Positions 51,385 to 63,740 of a stretch of DNA of 64,000 nt are shown here, one piece after another. Position numbers and translations under genes: made by a program. The stretch's first letter is position 1. Each line of letters begins with the position of its first letter. Below the pieces are notes generated by a model. It did no database searches, was not told where the DNA came from, and saw only the letters and a list, made by a program, of their open reading frames with translations. Source of the stretch: Saccostrea echinata (taxonomy: Eukaryota); assembly GCF_033153115.1 (NCBI RefSeq), contig NW_026889779.1, positions 29,760,001 to 29,824,000 of the forward strand, written 5' to 3'.

Positions 51385-54300
51385 TTACAAATATATGTCA
51401 AAGGGTTCCCGACAGGTGTTTAAGAAAAACCAGTTTAGCACATTAAGAGGCTGGCTTACTGTCACGTTATAGTGTAACTTTTTGCATATTTTACAAAGAG
51501 CTTCTTCATACGTCTGCCAAGAGTGTTTTGATGTATACTTGTCTTTATATGGAACGCCGCAGCTGCCTTATGTGGAGAACATTCATTATATGCTGATACT
51601 TTAACATTATATCCTGATACTTCAACATTATATGCTGATACTTTGTCATTATATGATGATACTTTGTCATTATATACTGATACTTCAACATTATATGCTG
51701 ATACTTCAACACTATATGCTGATACTTTGACATTATATGCTGATACTTCAACATTATATACTGGTACTTCAACATTATATGATGATACTTTGTCATTATA
51801 TGATGATACTTTGTCATTATATACTGATACTTCAACATTATGTGCTGATACTTCAACATTATATGCTGATACTTCAACATTATATGCTGATACTTCAACA
51901 TTATATTCTGATACCTTTCAATATGGTGCTTTGAAAAATAGGTTAAATATCGGGATCGTCATACTAAAATTCTTTGACAAGAGAAAAAATCCAAAAAAAA
52001 ATTGTTTTCAATTGCATAGTTTTAGTATATATACATGTACATGTATTGGTGTATATATATGTACATGTATTGGCAAATTGATGGGACGAAAGGGGGAAGG
52101 GGCACGTGTAAGCAGTTTTGAATATACTGGTGTATTTGGAAAGGGATAGAGAGTAAATATAATTTATCATATAAATAGTGAAGTAAACAAAGATAGCTTT
52201 ACAAAAAGCGCGTGTACTGCGCAAAAATTTTAAGATATTTTGGAAGTTCAGGAACTCTTCATGGTAATAAAACTTGGCCTTATTTTGAAATCAATGATGG
52301 TACAGGACATCAAAGCTGAATAATACAATATAGGGGACACACCTGATTCGTTTGTGGGTGCAATTTTTTTTCGAGTCGGATTATTTATTTTCATGTCACT
52401 ACGTAAATGATAGATTATTCATTTTCTAGATGACCAGGTACAGATTATTTATTTTCAGATACACTGAACGAAAAAGTCTATCCAAACTCGAAAACTGCAT
52501 TTCTTTGGGGAGAGGGGTGGGGCTACCATCACGCCAAAGACATACCAGTGGAGGACATACTGATTTATTTTCAGGGACAGATTAATAATTTCCATAATAT
52601 GAGAGCCCCCCCCCCCCACATATATATATATATTGCATGGTCGTTCCGGCCTCAGAACCACGCTTCATCACTTAAGTTTTTGATAGCTCTGCACTTTTAT
52701 ATGTATTTTTCAAATCGGTAGGAAGGGGTTGTTGTTCAGGGATTTCATTGTTATGACATCTACATAGTAATTTAGGCTACTAATGACTCAAAACCTTTTC
52801 CAGAATCTAGACGCCATTGCATTTTTAATTGGACTATTTAAGCTGATCTTACATCCAATGCCATGCATGCGATCATTCTGGAAAACTGTAAAATCACCGA
52901 GACTGAGCTTATGAAGTTAGTTTGAACTGAGTGAATATTTACGCAGTTGTAATCTTGCCAACGCCCCCAACCCCCCCCCCCCTCCAAAAAAAAAAAATAA
53001 TAAAATAGAAAATAAAAATAATAAAGTTATAAACTCAAAAAAAAAATATTTTAAACATCCAAACAACTAATATAGCCGGTATTTCACTAAAAATTCTTAA
53101 ATTTCAATTTAATACCTCATGCAGTATAAATTCATCTAAGAAATCATATTAAAATACATGTATTTACTTTATTTATTTTTCGCAATAATACATATAATCA
53201 TGTAACTTGTAAGCTATAGTAAACACATTCCAGAGGCGTATACAGGATTTCAAGATTTCGGGGGGGGGGGGGGGTATTAATGACAACATAAACTCAAAAT
53301 ACTTATAGTAAAAATGAATATATAATAGCAAAGGTTTTCTCAAAATTCAAGTTTTCTTTATTGAATATCAAGAACATAAAAGTTTTCTAAAATTTTTCTT
53401 TCTTTTTTTCTTCTTTTTTTTTTTGGGGGGGGGGGGGACCTCTTTCACACATATATCTGCTACTGTCCTTTAGACTGCTTAAAATTACCAATTTTTTTAA
53501 ATAGACAAACTTTATACTTTTATTTATAACATTAAGTTCAAGGATCTGCTAAACTTTTATTAAAAGAATTAATACAAATGCATTTTGAAGCATCCTATAA
53601 AGATTTTCGCATTACACATATATATTTTTAGACACAATGTTAAATTTCCGTGAAATGATGAATGTGAACAACAATCAAAATGTCTTTATCCACTTGAACG
53701 TTTAAAATGCGGCCAAAACGACCTGTTTAGCCGAGAAAAGGCACAGCCTGCAATATTCCACCTGATTTGATGTAATTTCTTACACACGTTCTGTTACATG
53801 CGTTTTGGACGATTTTGGTATGACGATCCCTATGTTTAACCTATTTTTAACGCACCATATAGTGAAGTATCATTATACAATGTCAAAGTATCAGCATATA
53901 ATTTTGAAGTATCAATATATAATGTTCAAGTATCAGCATATAATGACAAAGTATCAGCATATAATGATGAAGTATCAGCATATAATGTTAAAGTATCAGC
54001 ATATAATGTTGAAGTATCAGCATATAATGATGAAGTATCAGCATATAATGTCAAAGTATCAGCATATAATGATGAAGTATTAGCATATATTGTTAAAGTA
54101 TCAGCATATAATGATGAAGTATCAGCATATAATGAATGTTCTCCACATAAGGCAGCTGAGGCGTTCCATATCTTTAGCTCTCAGCATGTTTATATATTGT
54201 GTTTTATTATTTCCAATCTTCTTTAGGGTTTCTGCTAAGTCTCTCGGTGTTTTGAAGTCCAGTGTATCTATATACGTCTTTACTGGAATGTACTGTTTGC

Positions 54301-55150
54301 CTGTCATGGTTCCTCTAACAACAGGAATAATTGGAAAGTCCAACAGATAGATATGATACAGTTTCTCTGATGTGTAATCAATACACAACGAGTTCTCGAA
54401 CGAAAGATAAAATTTGTAGTCTCGTGAGATCGTTCTGTGACAGGAATCGTTTCCTAAGAGTTGATACGGCTCACATTTGGCACCACATTTTCCAAACACA
54501 TCTACATTCACATATTTCTGTAGTTCTTCTACGTATTTTTCTCTTTTGCTTCGTGTTCTGCAGTTACTTACAATCCAAGCCACATCACCCACCTTTTGAG
54601 AGAACACCAAGTCATAGTCTCTTACCAAGGGGGAAATCCGAGGAATGATTTGTCCATATCCAAAATAAGCATCTGAATCTCTCCTATAGGATAACGACCA
54701 ATCAAAAGCACCATCCCAGGCGGGCAGTAACACAGTCCTGTCTGTATGATAAGGACTCTCAGACGAAGTAAATATCCAAATTTGTCTGGGAAATTTTAAC
54801 GGTGGTTTTTCAGGCAGTGGGCGATGCTGAAAAATCACAGCTTTACAGTTCTTGAGCTGTGACTTGTCCGTAGTAACGGAACAGTCTTTATACGGACAAT
54901 CACGGAAATTCACGATGTCTGGACCTTTTTTCCAGTCCTTTGGCGGATTGTAGTAAAGGATATTGAAGCTGATATTCCTCTTTATATATGTGTGTTCCCA
55001 GTCGATTCCTTTTTTTAACCTTTTTGAGACGGGGAATATATGCTCCTGGACCAGGTAAGGAAGGCAAAATTGGTGTACAAGAATAAGGAAAAGAACAATG
55101 CTACAGAAAAACAGGTATTTTTTTATACAACGACTGGAAGGAATAAGCAT
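51385..55150 (-). pseudogene. Alpha-1,3-fucosyltransferase (GT10) interrupted by a transposon; 378 aa if the insert is removed
   Basis: ORF from 55150 has a TM anchor, AWIVSNC and YKFYLSFENSLCIDYTSEK. The C-terminus KDKYTSKHSW...ALCKIC...WFFLNTCREPFDIYL* resumes at 51546-51385 beyond the insert and matches the paralog ends. Confidence 0.9.
51548..54170. mobile_element. Non-autonomous IS3EU-type element (2.6 kb) with 21-bp subterminal tandem arrays
   Basis: TIR TATGGAACGCC.CAGCTGCCTTATGTGGAGAACATTC; perfect 6-bp TSD TCTTTA (51542-51547 / 54171-54176); 21-bp repeats (cattatatgctgatacttcaa) at ~51585-51915 and inverted at ~53860-54135. Confidence 0.9.
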
Positions 55151-55350
55151 TCTGATTTATGCAGGAAATTTCAACACATGGTATTATCCAAAGCGTTAGT
55201 TGTGTAAAGTAATGACTGAATTTCAAGGAGCCAGACTGTTTAAAATACAATTCTAGAACAATATGCGAAATAATGCAGCAGTAACCATTCAATCTTGTAG
55301 AACTCCATTGTATCTTTAGATAAAATAAACAATATAAAATTGATACCGGT

Positions 55351-56460
55351 TCAATTAAGAAAATTTAAATCAGTTGGACTTTTGCACTGATCTTTAAAGA
55401 ACCATTGTTTTATGTCGTATGGGCTCGAAGTGAGATTGTCAAAATGGAGTCTCTCACATAGGTTACACAGTGCAGATTGGAAAATGTCATTCAAACTTTT
55501 AGATATAAAGTCATCCCTTCTTTTAAGTAAACCGACATACTCTGAAACATTACCTCCAATACGTTTTAAATATTCTGCTAAATGTTTTGGAGATTCAAAG
55601 TCATTTGTGTCGATGAATGTGCCTTGAGGAAGATAAGATTTTCCATTAGTAGCCCCACGAACTACGGGAATTATTGGTGTGTCGTATAAATAAATGAAAT
55701 AAAATTTTTCGGAGGTATAATCTCTACAAAGAGAATTTTCGAATGACAGATAAAATTTATAATGGTGGGAGACCAGATGGTGACAAGAGTCATTTTCATT
55801 TCCGGTTTTTGGCCCACAGAATAAATCTCCACATTTACCGAAAATATCTACTTGAATGTATTTTGCCATTTCTTTCACATACTCCTCTCGTCTGCTTTGG
55901 GTTTTACAATGACTAACTATCCAAGAAACATCAAACTTTTTGAGCGAATATATAGCAGAGTAATTCCTACCCGAGGGAACTTTACGACGCATGAGTTCGC
56001 CATATCCATGATAAAAATCGCCATCTAATCTGTACGTCATCACCCAATCAAATGTCTTGTACCATCCTGGAAGAGCACTTGTGTTGTGTGTATTTACTGG
56101 ACTCTCGCTGGACGCAAAGATCCACTTCTGGCCTGAGGTCTTCGGTGGTGGAGAATCCGGCATAAGGAATTGATAGAAAATCACAGCTTTACTGGACTTA
56201 AGTTGATTTCTGTCGGTTGTAGCTCTGCAGTTAGATATTCGACAAGAAGAAAAACTCCATGTCTCTGGTGATATATGCGAAGGAGGGTTAAAATACAGAA
56301 TTGAATGCACAGTTGGTTTATTTTGTTGATTTTGTTTTTTGTTCATTTTAGCGTTCTCAATGGTGAAGCACTGGAAGATGATCATAATGATTCCTATACA
56401 TACAATCACCGAGAAGTACTTCCTTTGGTTTGTCAAGGAAACTGTGTGAAACTGAAACAT
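55351..56460 (-). CDS. Alpha-1,3-fucosyltransferase (GT10, FucT-C-like), intronless, 369 aa
   Basis: Type II TM anchor; SESP, SWIVSHC and YKFYLSFENSLCRDYTSEK motifs; C-terminal CxxC...C. Confidence 0.92.
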   Translation of the reverse strand: MFQFHTVSLTNQRKYFSVIVCIGIIMIIFQCFTIENAKMNKKQNQQNKPTVHSILYFNPPSHISPETWSFSSCRISNCRATTDRNQLKSSKAVIFYQFLMPDSPPPKTSGQKWIFASSESPVNTHNTSALPGWYKTFDWVMTYRLDGDFYHGYGELMRRKVPSGRNYSAIYSLKKFDVSWIVSHCKTQSRREEYVKEMAKYIQVDIFGKCGDLFCGPKTGNENDSCHHLVSHHYKFYLSFENSLCRDYTSEKFYFIYLYDTPIIPVVRGATNGKSYLPQGTFIDTNDFESPKHLAEYLKRIGGNVSEYVGLLKRRDDFISKSLNDIFQSALCNLCERLHFDNLTSSPYDIKQWFFKDQCKSPTDLNFLN

Positions 56461-57429
56461 ATCACGAGAGACGAAGTCAGTATAGTTTATTTATTATGGA
56501 TCATAAACACCATGTCTAAATCAAGAAGACGAATTAATTAAACCATCAAACGCCAGAACTCAAAGTAAAGCTACCGTTATTAAAGAATTTGAGATTAAAG
56601 GTATAGATAAATTATCATCCCAGATCGCAGACTAGACCTTTATAGTTTTGTTTTACGGGCCAGTACAGGGTATTTAAACAAAACAGCAGTCTGTACACCG
56701 GTATGATATTGAAAATTAATGAAAAATGTATGTGAATAACGAAATATATTTTTTTTTAAATCTATTTAATCATTTTATGCATATTTGTAATTGGTGTGAT
56801 CAAACACAAGATGGATTACAACAAATCTGTATATGGATTATGTCAAAAATCCATAAACTGTTATTTACTATAAATATAAATCGATTACAAGTAAATATGA
56901 AGGGTTTTGATTCTCGTGTTTGTTCCTGTTCCATAATGCGTTAGAGGTTTTATTATCTCTGTTTTATTTTCTTTCATCCGACATCAGTTGAAAACAAAGG
57001 TGTTTCCCTTCCCTCTTTTGTCTTATGGACATCGATAAAACAAACTGTGCAACATATCTATTTATATACATGTATATTAAGGAGAAGAATATCAGTCTTT
57101 CATTTTTCTGAACTTTTAGAAAAAAAAATTTTAAGCAATACAGACTTTAGTAACTAATAATATGCTTTTTGGCAACTCTTGCACTTCTAGATATTTATCT
57201 GGTAGACTTCATCTTAAATCCTCAGATTTCAGAAAGAGACATATATCACTGTAGAATTAAATGCTTCTTTTGAAATACCCCAAATTCTAATTTTATGTTG
57301 TTTGAATTGGCTACCTACTGTTTGAATGTGCTTCGCTAGATTTTCTATTGATTTGATTGGTGGGATAAGTGACTTTCATTCTTTGACCCTGAAGTAATAA
57401 TGTTACTCCGTAAAGTAAGCGGATTCGCT

Positions 57430-58683
57430 TCACACTCTATTTAAGTACTTCTGGGCCATTTTTCTGTTGATTGTTTCTGTTTTGGAAGCGATGCCAATTT
57501 GATCAGGGGAATGACAAAGTTGTTCCTTGAAGAACCACTCGGCGATATCCAGATCTAGACGCCCCGGTCTTCCTAGAGTAAGACTCTCGCACATCTTACA
57601 CATTGCACTCGTGAATGTCTGGTTTGAAGTCAAAGACGTAAATCTATCCTTCTTTTTTAAAAGATCTATATAATATTCTCTATTGTTTCCTAGGGCTAAC
57701 AGACGTCTTGTAAGATGTAGCGGAGTGCGGAACTTATGTACATCAATGTATACAGCTCCTTGTGAGTAGTTTCCTAAGGTAAAGGATCCTAAAACGACGG
57801 GAATGATTGGTTTATCGTATTCATACGCGTAGTAAAATTTCTCGCTTGTATAGTCTCTACACAGCGAGTTTTCAAAGGCCAGAATGAATTTGTAATCTCT
57901 GGCTACAAGGTCATGACATGAGTCATTTTCATTTCCTTTGAATTTTTCACACTTATAGCTCCCACAGCTCCCAAACACATCGACTTTCGCTATTTTTGAC
58001 ATCTCTTCCACATATTCTTCTCTCTTACTCTGTGTAAAACAGTGGCTGACTATCCAGGCGACCAGTTTCTTTTTCTGTTCATAAATTTTTTCGTAATTTT
58101 TCCTTTTCATCTCCTTTTTAGGAACAATGTCTCCATATCCAAAGAAAAAGTCGGAATCTCGTCTGTATGACATGATCCAGTCGAATTTATAACGCCATTG
58201 TGGGGTAGTGCAAGTTTTGACTCCATAGTGGGCACTCTCAGAACAAGTAAATATCCATTTTTGTCGATGCCTTTTGAGAGGTGGATACGACGGAAGACTA
58301 GCATGGTTGAATATAACTGCATCGTTGTCACAAAAGTCCGTTTTGTTTGTAGACATTACACAATCTTTGTAAACACAGTTACTGAAATCAAATCCACTGA
58401 ACCAGGATGGCGGGTTAAAGAACAGAATTTTGATCATGGTAACATTAGGATGGGACCTAAGTGATTGACCTTTGCCGGGATTATTTGGCTTTAATATCTG
58501 GAAACCATGGAAAACTCCGAAGATTGTGCACAAAAAGGATACTATTCCAATAAGACACAAAAAGATCATCTTACATTTTCTTATTCTAACAAACATGGTT
58601 ACTACATGTACATGTATCTTCAAGCGAAGATAAAATATTCTGTTGCATGTTGTTAATAAAGCAATCGATGTGCTAGTGAACAT
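57430..58683 (-). CDS. Alpha-1,3-fucosyltransferase (GT10), intronless, 417 aa (true start may be the downstream MFVRIRK)
   Basis: TM anchor, AWIVSHC, YKFILAFENSLCRDYTSEK, C-terminal CKMC. Confidence 0.92.
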   Translation of the reverse strand: MFTSTSIALLTTCNRIFYLRLKIHVHVVTMFVRIRKCKMIFLCLIGIVSFLCTIFGVFHGFQILKPNNPGKGQSLRSHPNVTMIKILFFNPPSWFSGFDFSNCVYKDCVMSTNKTDFCDNDAVIFNHASLPSYPPLKRHRQKWIFTCSESAHYGVKTCTTPQWRYKFDWIMSYRRDSDFFFGYGDIVPKKEMKRKNYEKIYEQKKKLVAWIVSHCFTQSKREEYVEEMSKIAKVDVFGSCGSYKCEKFKGNENDSCHDLVARDYKFILAFENSLCRDYTSEKFYYAYEYDKPIIPVVLGSFTLGNYSQGAVYIDVHKFRTPLHLTRRLLALGNNREYYIDLLKKKDRFTSLTSNQTFTSAMCKMCESLTLGRPGRLDLDIAEWFFKEQLCHSPDQIGIASKTETINRKMAQKYLNRV

Positions 58684-59614
58684 GCCTTCTATTAATAAGA
58701 AAATGGTAAATGCTTATGAACTTTTAAGACTTAATTTTGTTTTCTGTTATTGTGAATAAAGAAATCGACAGCTGTACAAGCTATTGTTACATATTGATTC
58801 TAATTAGTCTCGACAAAAGGCGACTGCTGAAGTACACACGAAAGGCGTTCGACCGTAGAAAATCTACAAAAACAAATATCTGATTCAGAAATCTATTATA
58901 TTAACTTAAGCATTTTGTCATATATATAATTGGAAGACCTGGTCTCCAAAAACTTCATATATAATGTTAATCAGTAACTCAAACATCTTTTTTATATAAA
59001 CCTCGGATACTTATGTATAGCATCAGAATGTGTTTTTAATTAAATAAGTCTGCAGTTGACCATTGACAATGTATGCAAATTTACAATCCAATTTCCAATT
59101 TTACTAAAGAAGCAGTTGTCTATAATGTCAAAAGGTCTGGTCTTTAATTTGTAGTGCGGAATGATTGAATAAGTGTTGAAAAGTCGTGAGTTTTGATGTT
59201 ATTGACTTTGAAAAAAATCTATGATTTCAAATTTTCTAAAAGTTCCCTGGAGTTTTTAAGTATCCACATCTGATCAACACCACTTCTCGAATATATTGTA
59301 TGGTACTCCCAAAGTTTCTCATTCACTGCTGTTAATATTTTTGTGAGGAGTAAAGCAAGAGATTCGTAAAACATTTACTAGACTTTGTTTGTAAGGATTT
59401 TTATTAAGTTTAAGAGCCCAGTATAGGCATGGTAATTCAAATTCAATCTGGTTGTTGAGAATATAAAAAAATTTAAAACTGACATATGATTTTGAAGAAT
59501 TGCCTCCTTAGAAAGGGGATCTTAAAGGTAAATATCAATTATAGATAATGCAATGTTTTCATCATATTACAAATCTTCAGGTAATAATGTAATAAACAAT
59601 GATCAATATGAATT

Positions 59615-62600
59615 CAACCTTTTATTTGTAATGTCCGTGAAATTAACTGCTTTAATATGTTGATTCTATGTCAAGAATATCAGTTATAATGAATCCAGTC
59701 TTTTATTTGTAATGTCCGTGAAATTAACCGCTTTAAGATCTTGATTCTATGTCAAGAATATCAGTTATAATGAATCCAGTCTTTTATTTGTAATGTCCGT
59801 AATTAACTGCTTTAATATGTTGATTCTATGTCAAGAATATCAGTTATAATGAATCCAGTCTTTTATTTGTAACGTCCGTGAAAATTAACCGCTTTAAGAT
59901 CTTGATTCTATGTCAAGAATATCAGTTATAATGAATCCAGTCTTTTATTTGTAATGTCCGTAATTAACTGCTTTAATATGTTGATTCTATGTCAAGAATA
60001 TCAGTTATAATGAATCCAGTCTTTTATTTGTAACGTCCGTGAAAATTAACCGCTTTAAGATCTTGATTGTAATGTCCGTAATTAACTGCTTTAATATGTT
60101 GATTCTATGTCAAGAATATCAGTTATAATGAATCCAGTCTTTTATTTGTAATGTCCGTAATTAACTGCTTTAATATGTTGATTCTATGTCAAGAATATCA
60201 GTTATAATGAATCCAGTCTTTTATTTGTAACGTCCGTGAAAATTAACCGCTTTAAGATCTTGATTCTATGTCAAGAATATCAGTTATAATGAATCCAGTC
60301 TTTTATTTATAATGTCCGTAAAATTAACCGCTTTAAGATCTTGATTCTATGTCAAGAATATCAGTTATAATGAATCCAGTCTTTTATTTGTAATGTCCGT
60401 AAAATTAATCGCTTTAAGATCTTGATTCTATGTCAAGAATATCAGTTATAACTAGTAGACTAATTGTTCTCGAACAATTAGAGGTCTTTCCACCTTATTC
60501 AAATTTCATATATTCTTTATATTTAACTCTCTACTGTTTATTTTTATACAAAAGAAACCAGAAATGGCTTGAGATATGGAAAAAATGAAATTAAAAAAAA
60601 ATTGAATGACCTTGACCTTTGACCTTGAACAATTATATTAGTTCATAAGTCAAGGGTCACATTGCACTTGACCCCATGTTTTTACGACTTTTGGTTTTAA
60701 AGTTATAAGGTTTAATAGTAAGAGCAAAGATGTTAAAGGGCGATAACTCATATAAGGGGTCATCGGATCCTTTCGCACTGAAAAGACTGAAGTTGTGTCG
60801 AAAGGCCCTAAGAACATTAGTGAAGGTTTCGTGTCTCTGTGGTTTACGGTTTCGGAGGAGTAGCGATAACAAGGTTTTCAGTGAAAGGGGCAATAACTTT
60901 TAAAAGGGTAAATCTTAGGGGACAAGTATGAAATCTTTGAAATAGTTTTAAGAGGACATATTAAAGATGCAAAGAAATTTAGTATATAATGAAAGACAAA
61001 AGAGATATAAAAAGAGCTTAATTTATCAAATTTTGAATGACCTTGACCTTTGACCTTGAAAAAAATTTCAAGATCTGAGGTCAAAGAATATAATGCAGTT
61101 GGTTCCATGTTTGTACGACTTATCGTTTTGAAAATTTTTCATTATTTGTAAACTTCATAAACTTTCAGGGGCAATAACTCATTGAAGGGGTCGACAAATC
61201 ATTTCGCAATGAATAGATTGAAAAGTCCTCTCAATTAGTCAAAGACATTGGTGAAGGTTCTGTATCTCTACGATTTACGGTTTCGAAGGAGTAGCGATAA
61301 CAAGCTATTCTTGCGAAAGGGGCAATAACTTTGTAAGAGGTCATAGGTCAAACACGTTGGGTCGTTTTTCGGAATAACTTTTAATATCCAGTATCATGAA
61401 CTATAAAGTTTTTTGATAAGTCTTGCGGTTTCAAAAGTCCGGGAAGAAAAAGAATAATAATAATAATAATAATAATAACTAGGAGACTAATTGTTCTCGA
61501 ACAATTAGAGGTCTTTCCACCTTCTTTAAATTTCTTTAATTTTTATATTTTACTCTCTAAAGTAAATTTTTATACAAAAAGAATCCATAAATGGCTTGAA
61601 AGATAGAAAAAATGAAAAAATTTGAAATGACCTTGACCTTTGACCTTAAAAAATATTCAAGGTCAAAGGTCAAGGGTCACATTGCACTTGACCCCATACT
61701 TCTACGACTTTTACTTTCAAAGTTATAAGATTTAATAGTAAGTGCAAAGACGTTAAAGGGCAATAACTCATATAAGGGGTCATCGGATACTTTCGCACTA
61801 AATAGATTGAAGTTGTGTCTAAAGACCCTGAAGACATTAGTGAAGGTTTTGTGTCTCCACAGTTTACGGTTTCGGAGGAGTAGCGATGACAAGTTTTTCA
61901 GTAAAAGGGGCAATAACTTTTAAAGGGGTAAATTTCCGGGGACTAGTATGAAATCTTTGAAATAGTTTTAAGAGGACATATTAATGATGCAAAGATATTT
62001 AATATATATTGAAAGACAAAAAAGATATAAAAAGAGCCTAATTTCTCATATTTTCAATGACCTTGACCTTTGACCTTTGCATATATTTTAAGGTCAAAGG
62101 TCAATGAATCTTATGCAGTTGGTCCCATGTCTCTACGACTTATCGTTTTGAAAATTTTTAATTATTTGTAAACATCAAAACCTTTCAGGGGCAATAACTC
62201 ATAAAAGGGGTGGACGAATACTTTCGCAATGAAAGGATTGAAGAGTCCCCTCAATAAGTCGAAGACATTGATGAAGGTTTCGTACCTCTACGGTTTACGG
62301 TTTCGAAGGAGTAGCGATAACAAGGTTTTTCGTACAAGGGGCAAGAACTCTGAAAGGGGTCATAGGTCATACTCGTTGGGTAGTTTTTCGAAATAACTTT
62401 TGATGTCGAGTATCATGAACTATAAAACTTTTTGATAAGTCTTTCGGTTCAAAAGGCGGTAGCGGAAAAATAATAATAATAATAATAATAAACAGAAGCA
62501 TTTCAAGAGGTCTTTCCACAGAAAGGTGGAAAGACCTAATAAACATAAGCATTTCAAGAGGTCTTTCCACAGAAAGGTGGAAAGACCTAATGAATCCAGT

Positions 62601-62650
62601 CTTTTATTTGTAACGTCCGTGAAATTAACTGCTTTAAGATCTTGATTCAA
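59615..62650. repeat. ~80-bp minisatellite (~11 units) interrupted by a Helentron
   Basis: Unit aatgtccgt(g)aaattaac[t/c]gctttaa...gaatccagtcttttatttgt runs 59615-60450 and resumes in register at ~62590-62650. Confidence 0.9.
60451..62590 (+). mobile_element. Tandem (head-to-tail) pair of ~1.03-kb Helentron/HINE units
   Basis: Unit starts actag.agactaattgttctcgaacaattagaggtctttccacc at 60451 and 61478; (AAT)n tracts; terminal hairpin aggtctttccacagaaaggtggaaagacct present twice (62508-62590); inserted at an AA/TT site with no TSD. Confidence 0.75.
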
Positions 62651-62759
62651 TGACACATCAATAAAGCCATATAATATACAAATTGGAAAGCGAAGGAGGG
62701 GAAACCTCGGTATTTGTAAAAATAAAAATAAAAGAAAGCTCTTTGATATCTAACAAATG

Positions 62760-63740
62760 ATGATTAATACTAGTCAGACTGTCTGCCTTTGATTTCTGGT
62801 ATGAGGCCCCTAATTTGGACTCCGTTTCACTGCTATCTGGCTACTGCTGGGTAGTAAGCCAGCCATTGACATCATAAGATGGTATCTAACTGTAACTGGA
62901 TGTATCGACCCTTAAAAATATGACATCCTACAGTTGGTGGGTTCACAGCGGCGATCTTCTCACTGCGTGTCATACAGCTTCCACTTCTTTGTGTTTCTTA
63001 GGTGCCAAATCCAGCATGAGGCCTTCTACCCTTCCTTACATAAGTTTTTGACAACTCTTTTCCTATTTTTGGCATGTACTGATACTAAAGGCTCTAGCCA
63101 TTCTCCATACAGTGTAACTTCACAGAGTGTGGGTAAGGAATCTCTGAAATCCAACTTCTAGCCATGTCTTCCACCCTCTCTGCTCATATTGTTCTTTCCA
63201 AATTCTTGGCAGTCTTCCTCTCATGGGCTAGCTGGTAATCTCCTTCCCATTCCACTGTTAGCTCGAGGACGATGATCCTCTTGTCTGCCGGCCACAAAAT
63301 TAGGTCCGGTCGATGTGCTGTCTGGACCACATCAGAGTTTCCGCCCTAAATCAATCTGCATCTGCCATGCTGATCGATCTAACGGGATGTTATTCCTTAC
63401 TGCCGTTGGATGGAATGTTTCCCTTGCACGAACAAACTGAATCTCTATTGGTACCGGCTTTAAAATGCCCCGTCTGCTGTTCTTTCTCTCTTTCTTTAAA
63501 GTGCCTGTCAAGACTCGTCGAACCACGTCTCCACCTGTATCTTCCCTGCTGAACTGCCATCTTGCATCGGGATGTGGGCAAGTGTTGTTCTTTCTTCAAA
63601 AAGCTTGCAGTCTGTTGATTCTGTTGGGCCCCATCTCAGCAAGTTAGTAGATGATGGACGTACAGCTTTAAGGTGGCCTCAGGAGGAAAGAAATCAGCGA
63701 GGGTTCTAACCTCCAGATCTGACCAGGTAATCCTCATCTA
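62760..63740 (-). mobile_element. Decayed non-LTR retrotransposon 3' end with restriction-like endonuclease (HERO/NeSL-like)
   Basis: Frameshifted motifs PSSTNLLRWG, TLAHI, CKMAVQQGRYRWR, IQFVRA, WQMQIDL, ELTVEWE, AHERK, WKTWLEVG, ASCWIW. Confidence 0.7.

Noticed and set aside
51545-54350. ORFs with (MLKYQHI)n / (YADTSTL)n heptads
   Set aside because: They are translations of the 21-bp arrays inside the transposon's inverted ends and appear in several frames on both strands.
54122-55150. 342-aa ORF taken as a complete fucosyltransferase
   Set aside because: Its last 15 codons come from the transposon TIR; the real C-terminus is at 51546-51385.
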